Origin: an uncultured Clostridia bacterium
GTDB taxonomy: Bacteria; Bacillota; Clostridia; Oscillospirales; CAG-272
Assembly (NCBI GenBank): GCA_947632135.1
Contig: CANRNZ010000001.1
Span: forward strand, 1-50,438
Length of the DNA stretch: 50,438 bases
Direction: 5' to 3'
Shown: positions 7,483-16,168 of the stretch, in pieces
Numbering within the stretch: the first letter of the stretch is position 1
Layout of the letters: each line of letters begins with the position of its first letter
Notes under the pieces: generated by a model
What the model was told of the DNA's origin: nothing
The model's database searches: none
Seen by the model: the letters and a program-made list of their open reading frames with translations, nothing else
Position numbers and translations under genes: made by a program

Positions 7483-8805
7483 ATGAGATATACTTTCAAG
7501 GGCGGTATCCATGTAAATGAGCACAAGAATACCGCCGCGTGCCGCGTCAGGCTTTTTTCCTCGCCCGAGAGGGTGTCTGTACCGATGAGTCAGCATATCG
7601 GCGCTCCGTGCGTGTGCCTTGTTAAGAAAGGCGATAAGGTCGCGCTCGGGCAGAAAATTGGCAAGGTTCCCGACGGCGCGCTCGGCGCTCCCGTACATTC
7701 GTCGATTTCGGGAACTGTTGAAAAAATCGAAATGAAACAGGACGCGAGAGGCGTTCTTGTCGAGTATGTGACAATCGTAAACGACTTTGAGAACACTCTG
7801 TCCCCCGATATCGAGCCGTGCCGCAAAAGGCTGCCCGAAATTTCCTCGGAGGAAATAATCGAGCGCATAAAAGAGGCGGGGATAGTCGGAATGGGAGGCG
7901 CGGGCTTTCCCGCTCACGCAAAGATATCCTCAGCTGTCGGAAAAGCCACGACGATTATAATAAACTGCGCGGAATGCGAGCCTTATCTCACAGCCAATTA
8001 CAGGCTTATGATGGAGAGAGGGTGCGATATAATAAACGGCGCGAAAATACTTATGAAGGCTCTCGGCATACGAAACGTGATAATAGCCGTTGAGGACAAC
8101 AAGCCGCTTGCGATAAAAAAGCTTTCCGCGCTTGTTGAGTCCGAGAGCATGATAGAGGTCATAACTCTTAAAACGAAGTACCCTCAAGGGGACGAGAGAC
8201 GTCTTATCAGCGCTCTTACGGGAATCGAGCTTCCCGCGGGGAAGCTTCCCGCCGACGTCGGCTGCGTGATATTCAACGCGGAGAGCGCGGCGGCAATTTA
8301 CGAGGCGTTTTCGGACGGTATGCCGTCGGTGCGAAGGATTGTAACGGTGGACGGGGACTGTGTTGCCGAGCCGTCAAACGTGCTTTGCCCTGTAGGGACG
8401 TCGGTCGGCGAGCTTGTCGCATTCTGCGGGGGGCTTGTAAAGGAGCCGTCGAAGATAATTTCGGGCGGGCCTATGATGGGAGTTTCCCTTTGGTCGCCCG
8501 AGCTGCCCGTGACAAAGACCACCTCGGGAATACTTTTGTTTTCCGAGGCAGTGTCGCGCGAGCCCGAGGAATATTCCTGCATCAGGTGCGGGAGATGCGT
8601 CAGGGCGTGCCCGTCACATCTTATGCCGTTCGGAATCGCGGCGGCGTTCAAGGCGGGGCGAATCGATGAGGCTGAGATGTACGGCGCGTCAAGCTGCGTT
8701 GAGTGCGGCTGCTGCGCCTTCGGGTGCCCCTCAAAGATTCCGCTTGTTCAGTATATAAGACTTGCAAAGGGCGAAATCAGAAAGAAAAAGGCGAAAAAGC
8801 AGTGA
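7483..8805 (+). CDS. rnfC: Rnf electron transport complex subunit C
   Basis: MRYTFKGGIHVNEHKNT, a GMGGAGFP NADH/FMN-binding region and two 4Fe-4S motifs (CIRCGRCVRACP, CVECGCCAFGCP). The ATG at 7483 has a GGAGG RBS. Confidence 0.9.
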   Translation: MRYTFKGGIHVNEHKNTAACRVRLFSSPERVSVPMSQHIGAPCVCLVKKGDKVALGQKIGKVPDGALGAPVHSSISGTVEKIEMKQDARGVLVEYVTIVNDFENTLSPDIEPCRKRLPEISSEEIIERIKEAGIVGMGGAGFPAHAKISSAVGKATTIIINCAECEPYLTANYRLMMERGCDIINGAKILMKALGIRNVIIAVEDNKPLAIKKLSALVESESMIEVITLKTKYPQGDERRLISALTGIELPAGKLPADVGCVIFNAESAAAIYEAFSDGMPSVRRIVTVDGDCVAEPSNVLCPVGTSVGELVAFCGGLVKEPSKIISGGPMMGVSLWSPELPVTKTTSGILLFSEAVSREPEEYSCIRCGRCVRACPSHLMPFGIAAAFKAGRIDEAEMYGASSCVECGCCAFGCPSKIPLVQYIRLAKGEIRKKKAKKQ

Positions 8806-8935
8806 CCTTTGGCGTCTTTCCGATTTAAGCTCCCCGCGAATCTTATAATTTTAGGGCGTTTTATAATTTCCAATGATTTTAAAAAAGCTTCTTTATAGCT
8901 TTGATATTGATTTGATATTGAAAGGGTAGGCGCAC

Positions 8936-10120
8936 GTGAGTAAAGTTAAAAATGCCGAAGCGAAAAATAAAGCAGCGCCGTATGCGGCAGCGGCGCCGAT
9001 AACGGACTCGTCCGATATCGAAAAGCTTGAATTTACCGATGCGAAGGCTCAAAAAGACGTATCGGAGGTCGACTCTGAGTCTGCCGCGGCGCGAGAGGGA
9101 AATGACGCCGTCATATCGGACAGGTATTCCTTTCCGAGGTTTCTCAGAGTATCTCCGTCCCCGCACATAAAATCTTCCGACACGACGTCGAAAATAATGC
9201 TCGACGTGTTTATTTCACTTATACCCGCGTTTATATGGGGAGTTTTCGTGTTCGGGCCGAGGGCGCTCGTGATAGGAGCGCTGTCCGTCGCGTCCGCGGT
9301 TCTGTTTGAATATCTGTTTTGCCGCGTAAGAAAGAAAAAGAGTACTGTGGGCGACCTTTCCGCCGCCGTCACGGGGCTTCTTCTTGCGATGAACCTTTCG
9401 TCGACAGTTCCTTATTGGATACCGGTCGTCGGCTCGTTCTTTGCAGTCGTCGTCGTAAAGGGGCTTTTCGGCGGGCTCGGGAAAAACATAGTGAACCCCG
9501 CTCTTGCCGCGAGAGTATTCCTGTTTGCGTGGCCCTCCGAGATGAACACCTTTGTCGCGCCGGGCGTACACGCGGGAATAATTTCGGGAAGCGCTGACAT
9601 TACGGCAAGCGCGACCCCGCTCTCTCAGATAAAAATGGACGGGACGCTGAGCGCGTCGCTGTATGACCTCATAATAGGCAACGTCGGCGGGTGTATCGGC
9701 GAGGTCTCGGCGCTGTTTTTGATGATTGGCGGAGCGTATCTGCTTATCCGACGGGTCATAACGTGGCACATACCCGCGTCATACATCGGAACCGTCGCTC
9801 TTATCGCGCTAATCTTCCCGAGGCTTGAGGGCGACTTGCTGAACAACGTACTGACGGAGATTTTTTCGGGCGGCGTTATAATATGCGCGTTCTTTATGGC
9901 GACCGATTACGTCACCTCGCCGATAACCGCAAAGGGAAAGCTCATTTTCGGCGCGGGCTGCGGAATCATAACAATGCTGATACGGTATTTCGGCGGCTAC
10001 AGCGAGGGCGCGTCCTTCTCGGTGCTGATAATGAATCTTTTGGTCTGGTACATCGACAAGCTTACAATGCCGAAGCACTTCGGAGTGAAAGGAGGCAAAG
10101 CAAGTGTCAAAGAAAAATGA
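8936..10120 (+). CDS. rnfD: Rnf complex subunit D with a ~65 aa low-complexity N-terminal extension
   Basis: The RnfD/NqrB core is present: VSPSPHIKS, a polytopic membrane body and the FMATDYVTSP flavinylation motif. The start is GTG after AAGGGTAGG. Confidence 0.87.
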   Translation: MSKVKNAEAKNKAAPYAAAAPITDSSDIEKLEFTDAKAQKDVSEVDSESAAAREGNDAVISDRYSFPRFLRVSPSPHIKSSDTTSKIMLDVFISLIPAFIWGVFVFGPRALVIGALSVASAVLFEYLFCRVRKKKSTVGDLSAAVTGLLLAMNLSSTVPYWIPVVGSFFAVVVVKGLFGGLGKNIVNPALAARVFLFAWPSEMNTFVAPGVHAGIISGSADITASATPLSQIKMDGTLSASLYDLIIGNVGGCIGEVSALFLMIGGAYLLIRRVITWHIPASYIGTVALIALIFPRLEGDLLNNVLTEIFSGGVIICAFFMATDYVTSPITAKGKLIFGAGCGIITMLIRYFGGYSEGASFSVLIMNLLVWYIDKLTMPKHFGVKGGKASVKEK

Positions 10121-11141
10121 AGCAGCCGCAGTCTCTCAAAATACGAACGGCAAGAGCGAAAATGACGTAAAAGACGTAAAGGACGTAAAAGAAGTATGTG
10201 TCACGGACGATATAAACGGCACAAACGACACGGCAAGCAAAGATGCGGCGGTGACGAGTGGAAAAGGCGGCGCGAAGAAAAAAGGCGACGTCGGGTACTA
10301 CATAAGAATTGCCGGAGTGCTCACTCTCATATGCTCTTTTGTCGCGCTGATGCTCGCGCTCGTAAACATGCTCACAAAGGACAGGATAAAAGCTCTTGAG
10401 CTTGAGGACAAAAAAAGCGCCGTCGCGCAGATTTTCGGCGATATCGACGACGCGCTTTTGTACGACGCCTACACCGAAAGCGAGGTTTACATCGCGGTGA
10501 AGGACGGCGGCGCCGTAGGGTACTGCGTTTCGGTCGCAAGTCAGGGCTACGTCGGCGAGATAAGCATGATGGTAGGGCTTGATACGTCAAAGAACGTCGT
10601 CGGGGTCAGAATAATCTCGATGTCCGAAACGCCAGGAGTCGGCAGTAAGACCCAAAACGATTCGTTTCTTTCCCAATACGCGGGGAAAAACGGCCCGTTT
10701 ACTGTCGGGGACAATGTCGACGGGATATCGGGCGCGACGATAAGCTCAAAGGGTGTGACCGCGGGTGTTAATCTCGCGCTCGAGGCAAATGTCGATTTGA
10801 GGGCAGCCGCAGAGGCGCTCGGGCTTAAAACCGAGGTCGCCTACGGTACGGGAAGCGCCGACGCTGACAGCATAACGCCCGACGATATTACAGTTGACGC
10901 CGATACCTCCGAGTCGGAGTCCGACAGCGAGAGCCGTCCCGCGCAGGCGGTGACGAACCCCATGACTCAGAATGAGGAAACTCATATCGACCCGTCGTCC
11001 GTCGGAATGTACCAGAACGCGCAGTACTACGAGAGCGACACGTCATATACATACACGAAGGACACGGGCTACTATATGCAAAAGGAAACGACCGATACGG
11101 AGTCCGACACGTCGGACTCGGAATCCGACACAATAAACTGA
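10104..11141 (+). CDS. rnfG: Rnf complex subunit G (FMN-binding) with low-complexity N- and C-terminal tails
   Basis: A TM anchor and an FMN_bind core (GISGATISSKGVTAGV). A GGAGG RBS precedes the GTG, and the gene overlaps the rnfD stop. Confidence 0.85.
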   Translation: MSKKNEAAAVSQNTNGKSENDVKDVKDVKEVCVTDDINGTNDTASKDAAVTSGKGGAKKKGDVGYYIRIAGVLTLICSFVALMLALVNMLTKDRIKALELEDKKSAVAQIFGDIDDALLYDAYTESEVYIAVKDGGAVGYCVSVASQGYVGEISMMVGLDTSKNVVGVRIISMSETPGVGSKTQNDSFLSQYAGKNGPFTVGDNVDGISGATISSKGVTAGVNLALEANVDLRAAAEALGLKTEVAYGTGSADADSITPDDITVDADTSESESDSESRPAQAVTNPMTQNEETHIDPSSVGMYQNAQYYESDTSYTYTKDTGYYMQKETTDTESDTSDSESDTIN

Positions 11142-11154
11142 GAGGAGAGGACGT

Positions 11155-11913
11155 ATGAAAAAGAACAGTTATGCCGCGATTTTCAAAAACGGCATAGTGG
11201 AAAATAACCCGACTCTTGTGCAGCTTATCGGAATGTGTCCGACCCTTGCCGTCACGACCTCGGTTATAAACGCTCTCGGAATGGGCGCGGCTGTAATTGT
11301 CGTTCTCACCTTTTCGAATCTGTTTATATCTCTGCTCAGAAAAATAATTCCCGAGCAGGTGAGGATTGCGGCGTATATAGTCGTCATTTCGGGCTTTGTC
11401 ACGGCTGTCGAGCTGCTTCTCAAGGCGTTTCTTCCGTCGATATCGGCGTCCCTCGGGCTTTTCATTCCGCTCATAGTCGTAAACTGCATAATCCTTGCGA
11501 GAGCGGAGGCTTTCGCGTCCAAAAACTCACCTCTTGCCTCTGTATGCGACGGTCTTGCGATGGGCGCGGGCTTTACGATAGCGCTGACTGTTATCGGGTT
11601 TATAAGAGAGCTTCTCGGGACGGGCAAGGTCTTTGCGGGCTCCGACGGCACGGGCGGCATCGCGCTTCTCGGCCCGTCGTATCCCCCGGCGATTGTGTTC
11701 GTTCTTCCCACGGGCGCCTTTCTCACCCTTTCGTTTATAATCGCCGCCGTGCAGTGGTTCAGAAATTCCTCCGACGGGAAAAAAGAGAAAATAAGAGTTG
11801 AGGCGATAAAGGCTCAGACGTCGTCCGACTCGCCCGAAGCGGGAGAGAACGGCACAGATGAGGCAAGCGCCCCCGCGTCGGGTGACGAGTGTGAAACGGA
11901 GGCTGTAAAATGA
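11155..11913 (+). CDS. rnfE: Rnf complex subunit E with an acidic C-terminal tail
   Basis: NNPTLVQLIGMCPTLAVTTS and the polytopic RnfE/NqrD pattern. Confidence 0.9.
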   Translation: MKKNSYAAIFKNGIVENNPTLVQLIGMCPTLAVTTSVINALGMGAAVIVVLTFSNLFISLLRKIIPEQVRIAAYIVVISGFVTAVELLLKAFLPSISASLGLFIPLIVVNCIILARAEAFASKNSPLASVCDGLAMGAGFTIALTVIGFIRELLGTGKVFAGSDGTGGIALLGPSYPPAIVFVLPTGAFLTLSFIIAAVQWFRNSSDGKKEKIRVEAIKAQTSSDSPEAGENGTDEASAPASGDECETEAVK

Positions 11914-12488
11914 GTAAAATTCTTCTTATAATGCTCGCGGCAATTCTTACAGAAAATTTTATATTTTCGAAATTTTACGGAATATGTCCGTTCCTCGGCG
12001 TTTCCGACAAGCCCTCGACCGCGCTCGGCATGGGAATGTCCGTGACGTTTGTCATGACCCTTTCGAGCGCCGCGACGTATCTTGTGTACCATTACATACT
12101 CACCCCGCTCGGGCTCGAATATCTGAAGACCGTGGCGTTTATTCTGGTGATTGCCGCGCTCGTTCAGTTTATCGAGATGTTCTTGAAGAAATATGTTTCA
12201 AGCCTGTATTCGGCGCTCGGCATATATCTTCCGCTCATAACAACAAACTGCGCCGTGCTCGGCGCGGCGCTGACGAATATCCAAGAGGGGTATACTTTCG
12301 TTCAGAGCGTGGTGTTCGGCTTCTCCGCCGCCATCGGATTTACTCTTGCGATTCTGATTTTTGCGGGAGTCCGCGAGAGAATGAAGTACTGCGACCCGCC
12401 GAAGGCGTTCAAAGGCTTTCCGCTTGTCCTTCTTGCCGCGGCGCTGCTTGCGATGGCGTTTTCGGGCTTTTCGGGCTTCAGCGTGTGA
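11910..12488 (+). CDS. rnfA: Rnf complex subunit A
   Basis: ENFIFSKFYGICPFLGVS and LPLITTNCAVLG are RnfA/NqrE signatures. The ATGA overlaps the rnfE stop. Confidence 0.92.
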   Translation: MSKILLIMLAAILTENFIFSKFYGICPFLGVSDKPSTALGMGMSVTFVMTLSSAATYLVYHYILTPLGLEYLKTVAFILVIAALVQFIEMFLKKYVSSLYSALGIYLPLITTNCAVLGAALTNIQEGYTFVQSVVFGFSAAIGFTLAILIFAGVRERMKYCDPPKAFKGFPLVLLAAALLAMAFSGFSGFSV

Positions 12489-12582
12489 GAGGCTCGCGAA
12501 TATGACGAATATGATGCGGAATACATTAACTTATTGCGGGGATTTACGCAAAGCTATAGGAAATCGGGAAGGTGGAATATAA

Positions 12583-13416
12583 ATGGGAGCGTTACAGATA
12601 CTGACGGCGTTTGGTGTGTTCGTTGTCCTCGGCGCGCTGATAGGGCTTATGCTCGCTTTTGCGTCAAAGATTTTTCGCGTTGAAACAGACGACAGGATAC
12701 CGAAGGTTCTCGAATGTCTTCCCGGCGCGAACTGCGGCGGCTGCGGATACGCGGGGTGCGCCGCTCTTGCTGAAAAAATCGTCGCGGGAGAGGCAAAGAC
12801 AACTGCGTGTACGGTAGGAGACGACGAGACGGCGGAAAAAATAGCGAAAATAATGGGCGTCGCATCGGAAAAGCCCGTCAGAATGAGAGCGCAGGTGATG
12901 TGCTCGGGAAACAACGACTGCACGTCAAAAAGAGCGGACTACATTGGAGTTGCCGATTGCCGCGCCGCCGCAATGATAGGCGGAGCCGATAAGACCTGCC
13001 GCGGGGGCTGTCTCGGGCTCGGGACGTGCGCCGCCGCGTGTCCGTTCGGGGCAATAACGGTGAAAAACGGGACGGCGTTTGTGGAGTATGAAAAGTGCCG
13101 CGGGTGCGGAGTCTGCGTCGCCTCGTGCCCGAGAGGGGTAATTCGGCTTATCCCGTACAACAGCGCGCACTGGATAGGCTGTAATTCAAACAGCGACGGA
13201 AAGCAGACGAGAAGCGACTGTCAGCTCGGCTGTATCGGGTGCGGAATCTGCGCAAAGAACTGCCCGCAAAAGGCGATAACAATAGAAAATCATCTTGCTC
13301 GAATAGATTACGCAAAATGTACCGACTGCGGTACCTGCGTCTCAAAATGCCCGCGCAAGATAATATGGTCGGCGTCGACCTGCGGCGCGGACGGGATTGT
13401 CATATCGAGAGTGTGA
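12583..13416 (+). CDS. rnfB: Rnf complex subunit B (polyferredoxin)
   Basis: An N-terminal anchor, the CLPGANCGGCGYAGC motif and several CxxCxxCxxxCP 4Fe-4S motifs. Confidence 0.88.
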   Translation: MGALQILTAFGVFVVLGALIGLMLAFASKIFRVETDDRIPKVLECLPGANCGGCGYAGCAALAEKIVAGEAKTTACTVGDDETAEKIAKIMGVASEKPVRMRAQVMCSGNNDCTSKRADYIGVADCRAAAMIGGADKTCRGGCLGLGTCAAACPFGAITVKNGTAFVEYEKCRGCGVCVASCPRGVIRLIPYNSAHWIGCNSNSDGKQTRSDCQLGCIGCGICAKNCPQKAITIENHLARIDYAKCTDCGTCVSKCPRKIIWSASTCGADGIVISRV

Positions 13417-13452
13417 TTTATTCTCTCGGCACGCGCAGAATTTTGAATTTTT

Positions 13453-13500
13453 ACGAGAATACGAGAATACGAGAATACGAGAATACGAAAACAGAATACG
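13453..13500. repeat. Tandem repeat ACGAGAAT x4 plus degenerate copies
   Basis: Read directly in the convergent intergenic region between rnfB and the histidine kinase. Confidence 0.95.
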
Positions 13501-13597
13501 TGAGCCATATGGCGCAAAAAAACGGCCAAGCCCTTTTAAAGGATTGACCGTTTTTATTTTGTACTGATTTGGGTGTTTTTCGTATTTTTGTATCCCC

Positions 13598-15301
13598 TTA
13601 TTTTTCGGGGTTCTCGAACACGTCAAATTCAAACCAGAACGTGCTTCCCGCGCCGACCTTGCTTGTGACGCCGAAATGTGATTTGTGCATGAGAAGTATA
13701 TTTTTGACGATTGCAAGCCCGAGCCCCGTGCCGACCTTCGGTCTCTTGTGGAAATCGCGCACCTTATAGTAGCGCTCCCATATCATCGGCAGCTGTTCGG
13801 GCGGTATGCCCTCTCCCGAATCGGTGACGGAAATACGGACCTTACCGTTTTCCACCGTCTGAGATACCCTTACGGTCATGTCGTCGCCCGTGTGGTTTAC
13901 GGCATTGCTCAAGAGATTGTATATGACCTGAAGCACTCGTGTCCTGTCCGCAAAGATAACGGCGTCGCGCTCATGCTCGAACGTTATTTTATAATTGTCG
14001 CGCTCGATAAGGCGCGTGTACCTTTTGATTGTTTCCTCGACGGTTTCAGTTATGCTGAAATATTCAAAATGCGGCGTCTGCTCTCCGCCTGTGAGCTTTG
14101 AGAGCTCCAGTATATCGGAGACAAGGGAGGAGAGCCTTGCGGTCTCGTCTATTATCACCTGCATGTTTTCCGAGGTCATCTCACCGGGTATGTCGCGCAT
14201 CATCTCGCTGTAGCCCGTAATGAGAGTGAGCGGCGTTCTCAAATCGTGGGAAATGTTGGCGATAAGCTCCTTTTGCATGACGTCAAGCTTTGAGAGCTCG
14301 CGCGACGCGTAGTTCAGCGTGTCGCCGAGTTTTTTTGCCTCGTAAAATCCGCCCGCGTCAAAGTTTACGTCATATTTTCCGCGCGCAAGAAGAGCGGCGC
14401 CCTCGGTCATTTTTTTAAACGGCCATGCAACCTTGTTCGCGATTATAACCGAAAATACCATGGCGCAGATAAGGAGAAACAGAGTGACGTATATAAGCTG
14501 GTACATCAGCGTGCGCGAGGTGGAAGAGAGGGGAAGAGTCTCGCTGTCGACGAGGATAAGATAATCTCTGCCGTTTACGCTAAGCGACTTTACGCATATT
14601 GACGTCTCCGACTTCTCGGAGCCGTCGGCGCCCTCCGTGTACCCGTAAAAAAACGACTGGATACCGCCCCCGGAGTTTTCGTCACCGTCGGTTCTCGGGG
14701 AAATAAGCCCGAAGGGAATACGCCTTATCGGCGACGACGAATCCGACGGGTCAATGAAATATACGCCGCGCTTTGCGCCGTCGTTATACAGTCTGTAGAG
14801 AACGTTTTTTTCGAGCATAACGTAGTGAACGGTACACGAGGTACGTATATGGTCGTACCACTCTTTTCCGTCCTCGGATAAATCGTACACAGTAATGCAG
14901 GAGTCGTATTTGTCGGAGGCTTCTATAACTCCGCTTTCGATGTTTTCGTCCTCTATCGACTCGGCGATATAATTCGCGCAGCTTTTCATATCGCGCATTC
15001 TGAGATATCGGTATATGTTGTCGAAAAATACTACCTGTATGAGCCAGAGTATAAGGATAACAAGAAACGTAAAGGCGGCAAAATAGAGAAAGATTTTCAG
15101 CGCGAGGCGCATTTCGCCCTTGCCGCTTTGCCCCTTGTATTTTGCTTTCTTTTTTCTTTCTTTCTTACTTTCTTTTTTCTTTTGCTTTTTTTCTTTCTTT
15201 TCTTTCTTTTCTTTTATCTTCTTTTCGCCCGCGCCCGCCGACTCAAAAGGATTTTCCGCCTCTCTGCCTTCATAAGTCGGGCTTTCATACATTTGTATCA
15301 A
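13598..15301 (-). CDS. Sensor histidine kinase (HisKA + HATPase_c). The start is ambiguous: 15301 or 15112.
   Basis: H-box ISHDLRTPLT, N-box NLLSNAVNH, and the G-boxes DSGEGI and GTGLGLAIV, with two TM segments. The first 63 codons (K/E-rich) may be untranslated if the ATG at 15112 is used. Confidence 0.85.
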   Translation of the reverse strand: MIQMYESPTYEGREAENPFESAGAGEKKIKEKKEKKEKKQKKKESKKERKKKAKYKGQSGKGEMRLALKIFLYFAAFTFLVILILWLIQVVFFDNIYRYLRMRDMKSCANYIAESIEDENIESGVIEASDKYDSCITVYDLSEDGKEWYDHIRTSCTVHYVMLEKNVLYRLYNDGAKRGVYFIDPSDSSSPIRRIPFGLISPRTDGDENSGGGIQSFFYGYTEGADGSEKSETSICVKSLSVNGRDYLILVDSETLPLSSTSRTLMYQLIYVTLFLLICAMVFSVIIANKVAWPFKKMTEGAALLARGKYDVNFDAGGFYEAKKLGDTLNYASRELSKLDVMQKELIANISHDLRTPLTLITGYSEMMRDIPGEMTSENMQVIIDETARLSSLVSDILELSKLTGGEQTPHFEYFSITETVEETIKRYTRLIERDNYKITFEHERDAVIFADRTRVLQVIYNLLSNAVNHTGDDMTVRVSQTVENGKVRISVTDSGEGIPPEQLPMIWERYYKVRDFHKRPKVGTGLGLAIVKNILLMHKSHFGVTSKVGAGSTFWFEFDVFENPEK

Positions 15302-15968
15302 AACGGTATCCCACCCCTCTGAGTGTAACGATGTATTTTGAACATTCGCCGAGGCTCCGTCGTAAAAGCTTTATGTGGGTGTCGAGAGTCCTGTCGTCTC
15401 CGTAGTAGTCGTATCCCCACACCTTGCTTATAAGATTTTCGCGGGAAAGCGCGATATTTTTATTTTTCAGCATGTAGAAGAACAAGTCGTATTCCTTCGG
15501 CGACATCTCGACTCTTTCGCCATTTACGTATACTATTCTTGCCGTTATGTCCACCCTCAGAGCGCCTATCTCGAAAACCTCGTTCGACTCGCCGTCCGAG
15601 CGCTTGCCGCTCGCTCGGCGTATTATCGTGTCGATTCTCAGCATCAGCTCTCTCGGCGAAAAGGGCTTTACCACGTAGTCGTCGACTCCGAGCTCAAAGC
15701 CGTTTATCTTGTCGTATTCCTCGCCGCGCGCCGACAGCATTATTATAGGCACGTCGGAAAACCTTCGTATCTCACGGCAGGCGGAAAACCCGTCAAGCTC
15801 GGGCATCATAACGTCGAGAACAACAATGTCGAATTTTTCGGCGCGGCACATCTCGACGGCCTCCATGCCGTTTGACGCCTCGTACATCGTATGTCCGTCA
15901 AACAGCGCGTACTTTTGAATAAGCTTTCTTATGTTTTCCTCATCGTCGGCTACAAGAATCTTATACAT
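15285..15968 (-). CDS. OmpR-family response regulator
   Basis: A receiver domain (ILVADDE..., DIVVLDVMMPELDG) plus a winged-helix C-terminal domain (LTLRGVGYRF). It overlaps the kinase ORF by 17 nt. Confidence 0.9.
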   Translation of the reverse strand: MYKILVADDEENIRKLIQKYALFDGHTMYEASNGMEAVEMCRAEKFDIVVLDVMMPELDGFSACREIRRFSDVPIIMLSARGEEYDKINGFELGVDDYVVKPFSPRELMLRIDTIIRRASGKRSDGESNEVFEIGALRVDITARIVYVNGERVEMSPKEYDLFFYMLKNKNIALSRENLISKVWGYDYYGDDRTLDTHIKLLRRSLGECSKYIVTLRGVGYRFDTNV

Positions 15969-16168
15969 GCGAAGTCCTTTCTTTACAGTAATTTACGGTG
16001 TTCTGCGGTGATTTACGGTGGTTTTATACAGCCCTTTGAGGGAACTTCTTTTTAAAGAAAGCTCCCTCAAATTCTTATTCTCATGTGTCTCAGCGCTTTG
16101 GCTTTTTTATTACTTTTTTATAATTTGAATATATCCCTCTTTAGTATATTCGCCGCATTCGCGTAAAT

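Noticed and set aside
16020-16075. The hairpin TTGAGGGA...TCCCTCAA downstream of htrA as a terminator
   Set aside because: The stem is present, but neither strand has a convincing U-tract after it and the inner pairing is irregular. I left it unannotated.
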